Assembly (NCBI GenBank): GCA_963833095.1
Contig: CAWHWQ010000001.1
Coordinates: forward strand, 640,001-704,000
Length of the DNA: 64,000 nt
Direction: 5' to 3'
DNA from: Vulcanimicrobiota bacterium
GTDB taxonomy: Bacteria; Vulcanimicrobiota; Vulcanimicrobiia; Vulcanimicrobiales; Vulcanimicrobiaceae
The number at the start of each line of letters is the position of its first letter. Position 1 is the first letter of the stretch. The notes under the pieces were generated by a model that did no database searches, was not told where the DNA came from, and worked only from the letters and a program-made list of their open reading frames with translations. The translations under genes were made by a program, and so were the position numbers. Positions 10,218 to 20,198 of this stretch are shown one piece after another.

Positions 10218-10739
10218 ATGATCATCACGTACCGTGGTAAGACCCCCAAAATCCATCCGACGGCGTTCATCGCGCCGACCGCCGTCCTCATTGGCGACGT
10301 TGAAGTGGGAGAGCAATCGAGCATTTGGTTCGGCACGGTGCTGCGCGGCGATAACGGTCCGATCCGCGTCGGAGCTCGGACCTCGGTTCAAGACAACGCC
10401 GTTCTCCATGTCACGACCCTCACACAGATCGACGATGACGTGACCATCGGACATTGTGCCGTGATGGAAGACTGTCACGTCAAATCGCATGCATTGATCG
10501 GCAGCAACGCAGTCCTGCTCAATGGCTGTGTGATCGGCGAGGGCGCGCTCGTCGCCGCCGGCAGCGTCGTGGGAGAGCGCGTCGAGATTCCCGATCGCGT
10601 GCTGGCAGCCGGCGTTCCGGCGAAGGTCAAGAAAGCGATCGAAGGCGAGGCGCAGCATTGGATTGAGATCGCCGCCGAAGAGTACGTTCATCTGTCGCGA
10701 GCCTATATGGCCGAGGGTATCGATGCCCAGCGCACGTGA
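10218..10739 (+). CDS. Gamma carbonic anhydrase family (YrdA-like) hexapeptide-repeat protein
   Basis: IWFGTVLRGD, VQDNAVLH, TIGH, hexapeptide repeats. Confidence 0.9.
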   Translation: MIITYRGKTPKIHPTAFIAPTAVLIGDVEVGEQSSIWFGTVLRGDNGPIRVGARTSVQDNAVLHVTTLTQIDDDVTIGHCAVMEDCHVKSHALIGSNAVLLNGCVIGEGALVAAGSVVGERVEIPDRVLAAGVPAKVKKAIEGEAQHWIEIAAEEYVHLSRAYMAEGIDAQRT

Positions 10740-11190
10740 GGTCATCAAGCACTTCATCGAGAGCGAGGGGCACCGTGTCGATGCCGCGCCGGTCGACCCG
10801 GAAACAGGAGTGAGTGAGCTGCTCTTTCGCACCCGCGGACAGGTGTTTTCCGTGACGACGAGCGAGCATGACGAAAACATCCTCAGCATTTCGACAGCCT
10901 ATGAGATTCCGGATTGGGCGCGCGAGGCCAACCAAAATACGGAAACGCTCGATCGCGTGCATAAGGAACACCCCACGGTTGTTTTCACACTCGCGCACGA
11001 CGGCGGTTTGTTCGTCGCGACGCTCGACGAACGGGCCACGTCCTCTCAAGAGTTGATGAATACGTTCTGGGCGCTGGTCGCTCGCTTACGCGACGCGGGC
11101 GCGGAGGCGATCGAGGACATCGTCGACCGCACTGAAAGCAAAGTAGCGGCGGAGAAGTTTATCAACTCCCTCATGACGGACTTTCAGTGA
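10723..11190 (+). CDS. Hypothetical protein, possibly YbjN/T3SS-chaperone-like fold
   Basis: Overlaps both neighbours; alpha-beta layout parallels the next gene. Confidence 0.55.
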   Translation: MPSAREVIKHFIESEGHRVDAAPVDPETGVSELLFRTRGQVFSVTTSEHDENILSISTAYEIPDWAREANQNTETLDRVHKEHPTVVFTLAHDGGLFVATLDERATSSQELMNTFWALVARLRDAGAEAIEDIVDRTESKVAAEKFINSLMTDFQ

Positions 11191-11597
11191 CCGATCCGCT
11201 TCGGCCGATCGAAGTCGCGCTTGGCGACGAGGGACTATTTTTTACTCGCGACGATGATGAAGATGCCTACCGCGTCGCCTTCAAGAGCGAGGGCGACCGC
11301 TACTTCGTCGTCTCCTATCGGGATGATCCGACCTTCGTAATGATCGGTTCGGGGTGGGCTCTCCCAGGCGGAGTCGATCCGGTTGAGGCCGTCGACGTCG
11401 CCAACCGCTTGAACGTGCGCAAGAAATTCGTCAAAACGGCGCTGTGGCAAGAGGAGAGCGACGTGCTCTTCACCGTCGAACTGTGCGTCGGAAACGCGAA
11501 CGAGATTCGGCCACACTTCGGCCGCCTGCTCAACGTTTTACGCGACACCGCCGCGGAATTTTTCGAACAACTCCGCCCCGAAACACCGGAACCCTAA
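11187..11597 (+). CDS. YbjN-domain protein
   Basis: VANRLN..KKFVK motif, about 135 aa. Confidence 0.65.
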   Translation: MTDPLRPIEVALGDEGLFFTRDDDEDAYRVAFKSEGDRYFVVSYRDDPTFVMIGSGWALPGGVDPVEAVDVANRLNVRKKFVKTALWQEESDVLFTVELCVGNANEIRPHFGRLLNVLRDTAAEFFEQLRPETPEP

Positions 11598-11600
11598 CGC

Positions 11601-12971
11601 CTACGGCTGCGGGAAGTGAGATTCGTCCGCGTAGGGGACGAACAACGTGTACTCTTTTTGGAAGCGCAAGCGCACGGTGCCGGTGGGGCCGTTGCGGTGT
11701 TTGGCGATGATAAACTCGGTCACGTCGGGCTCGGGCCCCTCGGGATTGTAGTATCCGTCCCGGAAGAGGAAGGCCACCAGGTCCGACTCTTGTTCGAGGG
11801 ATCCTGAATCGCGCAGGTCGGCGAGCATCGGGCGCTTGTCGTTACGCGTTTCCACGCCGCGGTTGAGCTGCGCGAGCGCGATAATCGGCACACCGAGGTC
11901 TTTGGCCGTCACCTTCATCGTCCGGCAAATCTCCGAAAGTTCTTCGTTGCGATTCATGTTCTTCTGCATCACGCCCGGTCGCAAAAGCTGCAAGTAGTCG
12001 ATGAAGACAGCACCGAGCCCGGTGGTTGATTTGAGGCGCCGGCAGCGGCTCCGCACTTCGCTTATCGAAAGGCCGCCGGTGTCGTCGAGATAGATCGGCA
12101 ATTCGTTGAGACTACCCATCGCGCGAGAGATCTCTTCCCATTGGTGCGATTTGATGTTGCCGCGCCGCAGGTCGTGCATCGAAAGCTGCGCCTCGGCGCA
12201 GATCAAGCGCTGGATCAGTTCGTTATTCGACATTTCCAGCGAAAAGAACGCGATCGGCTCCTTTGCCTCACGCGCTGCCGCCACGGCCATATTGAGCGCG
12301 AACGAGGTCTTGCCCATGCCCGGGCGCGCCGCAACGATCACGAAGTTGCCGGGTTGAAAACCCGTCGTCATGTTGTCGATGTCACGAAAGCCCGAAGTCA
12401 CACCCGTGCGATCGCCGCGCGCGTGGAACAGACGATCGATGTGCTCGAAAGCATCTTTCATCAGGCTGTTGACGGCGACGAAGTCGCCGTGCATTGAGCG
12501 CTCGCCGATCGAGTAGACCATCTGCTCGGACTGATCCAGCGCGGCGTCGACATCTTCTTCGGCGTCATAGCCGAGCTGCGTGATCTGCGTGCCGGCATGG
12601 ATGAGTGAACGTAGCGTCGCCTTCTCGCGAACGATCTTGGCATAGTAGGTCGCCGAGGCCGCGGTCTGCACTGTGTCCATCAACGAGCTCAAATATGAGA
12701 GGCCGCCGACTTTCTCGAGCTGGTCGCGGTTGCGCAGAGCTTCGGCCACCGCGATCTTGTCGAGCGGTTCTCCGCGATAAAACAAGTCGTAGAGCACGGC
12801 GAAAATCGTCTCGTGCACATGCGCGTAAAAATCCGCCGCGCGCACGATCTCGCCCACGGCGCTCATGATCTCGCGATCGACGAGCACCGAGCCGAGTAAC
12901 GCCATTTCGGCTTCGAGGTTATGCGGCGGGATGCGGTCGATGGAACCGCTATGCAAATGCGAAATGCTCAT
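11601..12971 (-). CDS. dnaB: Replicative DNA helicase
   Basis: PPHNLEAE, AARPGMGKT, FSLEMS, IDYLQL, DLRDSGSLEQESD, IAKHRNGPTG. Confidence 0.97.
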   Translation of the reverse strand: MSISHLHSGSIDRIPPHNLEAEMALLGSVLVDREIMSAVGEIVRAADFYAHVHETIFAVLYDLFYRGEPLDKIAVAEALRNRDQLEKVGGLSYLSSLMDTVQTAASATYYAKIVREKATLRSLIHAGTQITQLGYDAEEDVDAALDQSEQMVYSIGERSMHGDFVAVNSLMKDAFEHIDRLFHARGDRTGVTSGFRDIDNMTTGFQPGNFVIVAARPGMGKTSFALNMAVAAAREAKEPIAFFSLEMSNNELIQRLICAEAQLSMHDLRRGNIKSHQWEEISRAMGSLNELPIYLDDTGGLSISEVRSRCRRLKSTTGLGAVFIDYLQLLRPGVMQKNMNRNEELSEICRTMKVTAKDLGVPIIALAQLNRGVETRNDKRPMLADLRDSGSLEQESDLVAFLFRDGYYNPEGPEPDVTEFIIAKHRNGPTGTVRLRFQKEYTLFVPYADESHFPQP

Positions 12972-12981
12972 CCCGTGATTC

Positions 12982-14955
12982 TCACGCCCGAGTCTTGCGA
13001 CGCGTGCTCTGTGAGCGACCTTGCGAACGACGGGTGGATAACTTGTGGACGCGCAATTCGCGCAGGGCTTGATCGACCGTCGCGACCGGCGCAACCTGGA
13101 CGCCGGAGAGCGTGACGTCGACCTCGCGAGCATTCTCCTTAGGAAGGAGCATGGCGCGCATACCTGCCTGGCGCGCGGCATAGAGTTTTTCGACCACGCC
13201 TCCTACTGCGCGGATCTTGCCTTGAATCGAGAGCTCTCCGGTAATTGCAACGTCCTGCGGCAGCGGGGTCTTCGTCGTGGCCGAGTAGAGCGCGAGGAAG
13301 ATCGCAAGCCCGGCCGACGGCCCATCGATGTTGCCGCCGCCGACGATGTTGATGTGCAGGTCGAAATCCGAGACGTCGATGCCGGTTTGCGCGCGCAACA
13401 CGCTGGTCGCGTTGAAGACCGAATCCTTGGCCATCGACCCGGCTGTATCGTTGAAACGAATCGTGCCCTTGCCCGTTTGCGCGGCCGGAAATGCGACCGC
13501 TTCGATCTCGATGATGCTGCCGAGATAGTTGTGAACACCTAGGCCAAACGTCTTGCCGATCTCGCGCGACGCCCGCGCACGCACCAGCGTGTGCGGCACG
13601 AGCCGGCTGGTTTGCACCACCACGCGCACGTCGTCTTCGGTGAGCGTCACCGGTGCGTTGCTCTTTTTGGGATCGACCCGGTAGAGCGCCTGACTGTAAG
13701 CGTCGGCAACAATTTGCACCGCTTTGCGGCCCTCGATCGTGTACGAGGCAATGAGCTGCGGAACGCCGCGCGCTGCTTTCGCGCCAAGGCGTTTTATCGC
13801 GCCCTGCACAATCGACACGACTTGATGTTGCGTGAGTGGCGCGAAGAAAATCTCCGACGCGCGCGAGCGAATCGCCGGATCGATCTCTTCGGGGTCGCGC
13901 GTCGTCGCGCCGATCAACACAAAATCCGCCGGCGCTCCTTCTTTGAACAGGCGCTTGATGTACGCCGGCACGTTGGTCGCGTTCTCGTCGTAGTACGACG
14001 ACTCAAAGGTCACGCGTTTGTCTTCGAGGACTTTGAGCAACCGTGTTTGCAAGAGCGGATCCAGCTCGCCGATCTCATCGATGAAAAGGACGCCGCCGTG
14101 CGCCCGCGTCACAAGGCCAAGTTTGGGCTCGGGGACGCCGCCTTCGGCGAACTCGCGCCGGCTGCCCTGATAGATCGGATCGTGGACGCTACCCAGCAGC
14201 GGATTGGTCGTTTCGCGCGGATCCCAGCGTAACGTCGTGCCGCTTGTCTCGACGAACGGCGCGTCTTTTGCAAACGGGGTATAGGCGCGCGACTTTGCCA
14301 GCTCGAGCACCAGGCGCGCGGCGGTCGTCTTTCCGACGCCGGGTGGACCGTAGAGGATCACGTGCGCCGGATAGGGCGAGCTGATCTTGGCCACCAGCGC
14401 TTTGATCGCACTCTCTTGACCGACGATCTCGGCCAGCCGCTGCGGGCGCAGTTGCTGTAACGCCGACGCTGCAAGGCTTCGTTGCGAGAGCGCTTCGAGT
14501 TCCTCGAGTTTGGCTTGAGTTGCCGGCGTTTCGGGACCCGAATCGTCGCGCAGCGCTTCCAGCTTGAGATCCTTGAGATACTCCTGGTGGCGCGCGTTCA
14601 TCTTCTCCGAGACTTTTTTGTCGATCGCGTCACCCACGCTCTTGTGGGCGAGCAGATCGGCCATCGCCTCTTCGATTTCCGCGATCGTCTTGCGCTGCTG
14701 CGCCCGCGTCGTCGCACGCTCGAGCGTCGGATCCTCGAAGACCAAACGCGCAAGCGCGCACAAGCGATCCGGGAGGCTTTGCGAGCGCATCATCTTGAGC
14801 GCGCTCACTTTTCCGGCGCGCAGCACGAGCTTCTCTTGCCCGATGGCTCCCGCCAGCATTTCGTAGAGCGCCGAAACGTAACGGTTCAGCTCATCTTCGA
14901 CGCCGTACTTCCGTCGCAGGCGCGAAGCATATTCACCGTTCGTCACGGCGGCCAT
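12982..14955 (-). CDS. lonC: Lon-family ATP-dependent protease (LonB/LonC type)
   Basis: GPPGVGKT, FIDEIGE, IDGPSAG, GGVVEK (Ser-Lys dyad); position between rplI and dnaB. Confidence 0.85.
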   Translation of the reverse strand: MAAVTNGEYASRLRRKYGVEDELNRYVSALYEMLAGAIGQEKLVLRAGKVSALKMMRSQSLPDRLCALARLVFEDPTLERATTRAQQRKTIAEIEEAMADLLAHKSVGDAIDKKVSEKMNARHQEYLKDLKLEALRDDSGPETPATQAKLEELEALSQRSLAASALQQLRPQRLAEIVGQESAIKALVAKISSPYPAHVILYGPPGVGKTTAARLVLELAKSRAYTPFAKDAPFVETSGTTLRWDPRETTNPLLGSVHDPIYQGSRREFAEGGVPEPKLGLVTRAHGGVLFIDEIGELDPLLQTRLLKVLEDKRVTFESSYYDENATNVPAYIKRLFKEGAPADFVLIGATTRDPEEIDPAIRSRASEIFFAPLTQHQVVSIVQGAIKRLGAKAARGVPQLIASYTIEGRKAVQIVADAYSQALYRVDPKKSNAPVTLTEDDVRVVVQTSRLVPHTLVRARASREIGKTFGLGVHNYLGSIIEIEAVAFPAAQTGKGTIRFNDTAGSMAKDSVFNATSVLRAQTGIDVSDFDLHINIVGGGNIDGPSAGLAIFLALYSATTKTPLPQDVAITGELSIQGKIRAVGGVVEKLYAARQAGMRAMLLPKENAREVDVTLSGVQVAPVATVDQALRELRVHKLSTRRSQGRSQSTRRKTRA

Positions 14956-14966
14956 GGTAGAACATC

Positions 14967-15411
14967 CTACGCCGAGACGACGTTAATCGTCGCCTTGGCA
15001 ACGACATTGCGATGGAGCTTGATCTCCACGGGAAGGAGCCAAGCGCCTTGATTTGGCTCTTGATTTCGATCTTGTGCTTATCGACGTCGACCGCAAGCGT
15101 CGTCGAGATCGCGCTGGCAACGTCGGCATTGGTAACCGCGCCGAACAATTTGCCGTTGCCGCCCGCTTTGGCTTTAACAGCGAGCTGCGTGCTCTCGATC
15201 TTGCTCGCGAGCTCTTGGCTTCGGCGAGCGTTTGCGCTTCGCGCTTCTCTTGGGCGCGCTTTTGATCGGCGTGGATGGCGAGTGCGCCTTTGTTCGCTTC
15301 GGAAACGAGATTACGCGGCAGCAAGAAGTTGCGCGCGTATCCCTCGGCGACATCGACGACATCACCCTTCTTCCCGAGCGCTTTAACGTCGCTCAGAAGA
15401 ATGACTTTCAT
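14967..15411 (-). CDS. rplI: 50S ribosomal protein L9, with two apparent single-base deletions (about 15215 and 15030)
   Basis: [16 protein letters not shown]...[16 protein letters not shown] in a second frame; [24 protein letters not shown] in a third; both shifts fall in short homopolymers. Confidence 0.92.
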
Positions 15412-15426
15412 GGTTAAACCCCGTGG

Positions 15427-15678
15427 TTATTCGGAAACGTAAGGAAGAAATGCGATAACGCGCGCGCGTTTGACCGCGGTCGTGAGCAAACGCTGATGTT
15501 TGGCGCAATTGCCCGAGATGCGTCGCGGAACGATCTTACCGCGTTCCGACACATACTTCTTGAGGCGGTTGACATCGCGATAGCTGATGTCGAGCGCCTT
15601 GTCGGCGCAGAAATTACACGATTTGCGCTTGGGACGGCGATCTTTCACCGCGCGCTTCGTCTTGAGCTTGGTGGCCAC
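15427..15678 (-). CDS. rpsR: 30S ribosomal protein S18 (Cys-containing, zinc-binding type)
   Basis: [29 protein letters not shown]. Confidence 0.97.
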   Translation of the reverse strand: MATKLKTKRAVKDRRPKRKSCNFCADKALDISYRDVNRLKKYVSERGKIVPRRISGNCAKHQRLLTTAVKRARVIAFLPYVSE

Positions 15679-15792
15679 TACAGTTGTCCTTTCGACTAGG
15701 TGGTTGAAACGCGCCCGAAGGGCGGCGTTCTAGCCAAGTGACCCGGCAGATCCGGGTCACTACCGGTCGCGACGGGCGGGACCGGACGGCTG

Positions 15793-15820
15793 ATCTTACC
15801 ATGCCGGCCCCGCGCGTCAA
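15793..15820 (-). promoter_or_regulatory. Putative sigma70 promoter of rpsR-rplI-lonC-dnaB
   Basis: TTGACG-N16-TAAGAT with TG extended -10. Confidence 0.55.
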
Positions 15821-15872
15821 AGCGCCTTTTTCGGATACGAACGTACGTTCGCTGTGGCCTGTAGCGCTCCTT

Positions 15873-17096
15873 TTACTTGCTCACGCCAAGCTCGATCCCG
15901 AAGCGGTTCTGCGACGTGCTGGTACCGGCCGGTCCGAAGAGCGCCCCTCCGATACCGTTACGAACCACGACGTTGGACCACTCGACCCGGACGATGCCGT
16001 TGCCGGCGAATTTAAGGGTCGGCGTCAAGGTAAAGGTCGTCGCGTTGCTCCCGGGCCCGTAGAGCAGGAATGCGTTAGGGCTCGTTGCGTTTGTCGCGGC
16101 CTCGTTTTCCGCGTATTCTCCGCGAAAACCCACCGACCAGGCGCTCGAGAACGAGTACGACCCGAGCAGCGAGACCGCGTAGTCCGACTCCCCAGACGTG
16201 TAGCCGAGAGGCGCCGAAACCGGCGACGACACGAACAACACGTAGGGCGAGAATTGCCAACGCCCCGCCGTGTGGGTGTAGTACAGATTGTATTCCGACT
16301 GGTTGGCGATGAACGACGTCGCATTACCCGGGACATTTGCGCCGGGGTTCATCCCAACGAACGTCCATGACGTCGTGCTCGACGGGGCCCACGAAACTTC
16401 ATATTCGATCGTGCGTAACCCGCCGCTGTAGAACCCGTCGTTGTCTTCCACGGCAACCGTCCACGGGCCGTTCGTGTAGCCCACGTGCACGCCGCGGCTT
16501 ACCACCGGTTCGAGCGCCCAGCCGAGGCCGCGCTGGATGTTGACGTTCTGATACGTGAACGCCCCTTCCGTGCCGAGCAGCGTGCCTATTTGCCCTCCGT
16601 AAATGGTCACGTGCTGATCGGGTGACGTGTAGGTGGCTTGGTAGATCGGAACGAGCCCAAAACAACTCGTGTTTGCGCACGTTGCATTGTTGGTCAACGA
16701 TTTGTAGTTATTGAAGGTTGAATTGATCGCGGTTCCGACCGTCGGGAAGTTGTAGCCACCGACGGTTGCGTTGGCCTTGAAATATCCCGAGGTGACGCTG
16801 CCGTTGACCAGCATGTCGCTCAAGTCAGCCCGTGTCTGCTGATCTGCGCCGGTTGGCGTGTCGAGTGCGCCGACCGCGTTGACGTTGTTGGTGGAAAGAC
16901 CGAAGACCATCAGCGCGCCCCCGATCGTCCCCGACGCGAATGGCGTCGCGGTGGGCGTCGGCGTCGGCGCAGGAGAAGCGCTTGCCGCGGCGCTTGAGGT
17001 GGCAGGCGGCGTCTGCTGAGCAGACGCCGCCTTCTCTCCACCTACCATGATCGCTACGGCTGCTACCGCGGCGAGTGCTATGCTTACGACCCTCAT
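15873..17096 (-). CDS. Putative outer-membrane beta-barrel (porin-like) protein
   Basis: Signal peptide, PT-rich linker, amphipathic beta strands; ATGA-coupled to amt. Confidence 0.7.
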   Translation of the reverse strand: MRVVSIALAAVAAVAIMVGGEKAASAQQTPPATSSAAASASPAPTPTPTATPFASGTIGGALMVFGLSTNNVNAVGALDTPTGADQQTRADLSDMLVNGSVTSGYFKANATVGGYNFPTVGTAINSTFNNYKSLTNNATCANTSCFGLVPIYQATYTSPDQHVTIYGGQIGTLLGTEGAFTYQNVNIQRGLGWALEPVVSRGVHVGYTNGPWTVAVEDNDGFYSGGLRTIEYEVSWAPSSTTSWTFVGMNPGANVPGNATSFIANQSEYNLYYTHTAGRWQFSPYVLFVSSPVSAPLGYTSGESDYAVSLLGSYSFSSAWSVGFRGEYAENEAATNATSPNAFLLYGPGSNATTFTLTPTLKFAGNGIVRVEWSNVVVRNGIGGALFGPAGTSTSQNRFGIELGVSK

Positions 17097-18484
17097 GCGT
17101 GTGAACCGGCGCCGGATGGCACACCGATCCCCGGAATTGGGTCGACACCGTGGATCGCGAGATCGCCGGCGACCATGATATCTTCCGTGACACGCAACGG
17201 AACGATCAGACTGATCACTTTGAGAATGATAAACGTGCCGATGATGTTAGTCACGATGATGAAGGCCGCTGCTTCGGCTTGGTGGATGAACTGGGTCGGG
17301 CCACCGCCATAAAGCCAGCCCGAAACGCTGACCGTCGCGGCGTTCTTTCCGGCTGCGGCATTGGCCACGTACTCGATCATATTCGGATCGGCAACCAAAC
17401 CCGCCATGAGGCCGCCGACCAAACCCGCAACACCGTGCGTATGCAACACCGAGAACGTGTCGTCGACTTTTTTCATGAACGCGAGCTTACCGATGTAATT
17501 GAGCGTTAACCACGGGATGATCGTCACTAGTCCCACGAAAATTGCGCCGTAACCATTGACGTAACCGGCGCAGGGCGTGATCGCCACCAAGCCGGCGATC
17601 ATGCCGTTGATCATCGAGACTGCGTTGGGTTTGCCGGTGGCGAACATGTCGGCGACCAGCCACACGAGCAACGCCGTTGCGGTTGCGATGTTAGTGTTGA
17701 GCACGGCTGCGCCGGCGTCGGCATTTGCGAAATACGGATCGCCGCCATTGAAGCCGTTCCAGCCGAGCCACAGAATACCGGCGCCGGCAAACGCCATGAT
17801 CAAGTTGTTCGGTTCGAAGTCGCGTTGATCGGCCAGCAAACGCGGACCGACGACCGCTGCAGCCACGAAACCCGAAACACCAGCCGCCAAGTGAATGACG
17901 TAACCGCCGGAGTAGTCAACGGCGCCAAGTTGCGCGAGCCAGCCGCCGCCCCACAGCGCGAAGGCGCCGATCGAATACACGATCACGCTCCACATCGGAA
18001 CGAAGAGCATCCACGCCTTGAAATTCATGCGCCCGAAGACCGATCCCGCGATGAGGATCGGCGTAATCGCGGCGAACACGAATTGGAAATAGATCATCGC
18101 GGCGCCTGGGAAATGCAACTCCGGCATGCCGCTGGCCGCGAGCGGAACAACCGATTGCCCGATCTCGTAGAACGGTCCGAGCGCTGGGCCCGGAATACCG
18201 ATAAACGCCGAGAGAATGCCCGGACCAAGTTTGGCCGGATTGCCGAAGCTCATGTTGTAACTAATGAGCGTCCAGGTCAGCAGAACGATCGAGAACGCGT
18301 AGAAGACCATGACCGCCGAGTTGAGCGCCCACTTCTTCTTGACGAGACCGGCGTATAAAATCGCAAGCCCCGGGATGCTCTGCATACCGACAAACGTTGC
18401 GGCTGTAAGTTGCCACGCGGTGTCGCCGGAGTTCAGCCATTTCGGGGCTTCCAAATACGGATTTACGTCAGCTAATAGAAACAC
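17093..18484 (-). CDS. amt: Ammonium transporter
   Basis: GDTAWQL, FQFVFAAIT, DYSGGYVIH, GWNGFNGG, GLVAITP, VDDTFSVLHTHG. Confidence 0.95.
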   Translation of the reverse strand: MFLLADVNPYLEAPKWLNSGDTAWQLTAATFVGMQSIPGLAILYAGLVKKKWALNSAVMVFYAFSIVLLTWTLISYNMSFGNPAKLGPGILSAFIGIPGPALGPFYEIGQSVVPLAASGMPELHFPGAAMIYFQFVFAAITPILIAGSVFGRMNFKAWMLFVPMWSVIVYSIGAFALWGGGWLAQLGAVDYSGGYVIHLAAGVSGFVAAAVVGPRLLADQRDFEPNNLIMAFAGAGILWLGWNGFNGGDPYFANADAGAAVLNTNIATATALLVWLVADMFATGKPNAVSMINGMIAGLVAITPCAGYVNGYGAIFVGLVTIIPWLTLNYIGKLAFMKKVDDTFSVLHTHGVAGLVGGLMAGLVADPNMIEYVANAAAGKNAATVSVSGWLYGGGPTQFIHQAEAAAFIIVTNIIGTFIILKVISLIVPLRVTEDIMVAGDLAIHGVDPIPGIGVPSGAGSHA

Positions 18485-18552
18485 TAGCGAACCCCTTGCG
18501 CAGTGGAGGTGGAGAGATTGTTGTATTTTAGGTGCACAAGAGAGGCTGCGCA

Positions 18553-18599
18553 TTATACAATGCGTTAACGCTAGACCCTGGCGTTAACGCATTGTATAA
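18553..18599. promoter_or_regulatory. Perfect 19-bp inverted repeat between glnA and amt
   Basis: TTATACAATGCGTTAACGC-N9-GCGTTAACGCATTGTATAA; overlaps a minus-strand TATAAT at 18552-18557. Confidence 0.7.
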
Positions 18600-18606
18600 G
18601 AAAGTC

Positions 18607-20034
18607 TTAAAAGAGGTTCCAGAGATACTGGTTGTAGACTTCGTGGTGGAACTGCACCTCGGGCGACTTCACGAATGTGCCGAGCGTACGCGGGCAGCGG
18701 TCCGCCGCGACCTGTTTGAGTTCGGCGTAGCGTTCCTTCACATCGTCGCCCAGCATCGCGCTGGTCCAGGCTGACTTTCGGAACGCGTCGAGCGCGTCGT
18801 AGATGTTGTCGGGCAGATAACGCTCGGCTTGACGCAGATTGGGCGTGTTCGCAATGGCGCCTTCGAGGCCGGTCTTGAAGACCGCCAGCATCACCATATA
18901 CGGATTCGCATCCGGCGCGACCGAGCGGACCTCGACGCGCACGCTGCGTTCATTCCCTATTGGGAAACGGATCATCGAGCCGCGGTCAACCGCCGACGCC
19001 TTGATCTGGTTGGGCGCCTCGAAGTGCGGATCGAGCCGCCGGTATGCGTTTACCGACGCGTTGAGCATGAGGCAGATGTCGAGACCAGAACTCAAGATGC
19101 GGTCGGTAAATTGCATCGCGAGCGCGCTGAGGTTCTCGTCGCTCTTGGGATCCCAGAAGAGGTTTTTGCCGTCCTTGCTCACCGAGACGTTGGTGTGCAT
19201 GCCGTTCCCGTTGACGCCGACGACCGGCTTGGGCAAGAAGCTTGCGGTCATGTCCATCTGGGTTGCGACTTGCCGGCAGATCAGCTTGTAGAGCGCGATC
19301 TGATCGGCGGCGGCGACCACTTCGCCATAGTTATAGTTGATCTCGAACTGCGAAGGCGCTACTTCCGGATGGTCTTTCTCATTCTCGAAGCCCATTGAAC
19401 GCTGGACTTCAGCGACCGTATCAATGAAGGTCCGCAACGGATCGCCCGGGAGGGACCGATAGTAACCGCCGGTGTTGACGTACTCGAAGCCGCCGGTTTG
19501 ATGAAAGCGCTGCTCGGCATCCACGCCATCGAAAAGAAAGCCCTCGATTTCGTTTGCCGCGTTGAGGGTGTAACCGTTCTTGGCAAACTGGTCGTTGGAC
19601 AGCTTCTTGAGCACGCCCCGAATGTCAGCCGAGAAGGGCGAGCCGTCGCGGTTGAGCACGTCGCCGAAGACGAGCACTTTGCCCGGCCCGAACACGTCCG
19701 CCGGCGCCCAGTAGAATGCGGCCCAGTCGATTGCTAAGCGCAGATCGCTCTCGCGCTGAGGAGTGAAGCCGCGAATCGATGAGCCGTCGAAGGTCAGGTT
19801 CTCGTACGACTTGAGCAAAAACTTCTTGTCGTAGTCGAGCATGTGGAGCCGGCCCTCGAGATCGGAGAAAAGGACCGTGACCGCCTTGATCCGGCTCTCC
19901 TTGCCGAGGTAGCTCAACCGCTCTGCCTGGATCTTGTCGACAGGCACGCGGTTTTTTCGCTGCTCCTTGGCCGCTAGGTTGAGTTCCTCGAGCTCACCGT
20001 AGGACAGCTCAAGAAAATCACGCAACTCGGGCAT
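18607..20034 (-). CDS. glnA: Glutamine synthetase family protein (type I)
   Basis: FDGSSIRGF, HPEVAPSQFEI, PKPVVGVNGNGMH, NAYRRL, EVRSVAPDANPY. Confidence 0.9.
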   Translation of the reverse strand: MPELRDFLELSYGELEELNLAAKEQRKNRVPVDKIQAERLSYLGKESRIKAVTVLFSDLEGRLHMLDYDKKFLLKSYENLTFDGSSIRGFTPQRESDLRLAIDWAAFYWAPADVFGPGKVLVFGDVLNRDGSPFSADIRGVLKKLSNDQFAKNGYTLNAANEIEGFLFDGVDAEQRFHQTGGFEYVNTGGYYRSLPGDPLRTFIDTVAEVQRSMGFENEKDHPEVAPSQFEINYNYGEVVAAADQIALYKLICRQVATQMDMTASFLPKPVVGVNGNGMHTNVSVSKDGKNLFWDPKSDENLSALAMQFTDRILSSGLDICLMLNASVNAYRRLDPHFEAPNQIKASAVDRGSMIRFPIGNERSVRVEVRSVAPDANPYMVMLAVFKTGLEGAIANTPNLRQAERYLPDNIYDALDAFRKSAWTSAMLGDDVKERYAELKQVAADRCPRTLGTFVKSPEVQFHHEVYNQYLWNLF

Positions 20035-20198
20035 TCTTCATACTCCTTAACGTCTTCACGTCGATCGCACGCGGGGTGGGGGATTGCTGGCTCGACGGTT
20101 ACACAATTCGGAATGGGGACCTTTGTCCATTTGGTTAAAGCGCCGGCGGCCAAGCCCACCCCTAAGCCTGAGAATCCGGCCGGTCGATAAACACCCAA

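Noticed and set aside
14967..15411. rplI as a true pseudogene or programmed frameshift
   Set aside because: Both shifts are single-base losses in short homopolymers and the protein is otherwise conserved; typical long-read error, with similar single indels near 28290 and 35540.
20035..20198. Glutamine riboswitch or sigma54 promoter upstream of glnA
   Set aside because: No recognisable consensus.
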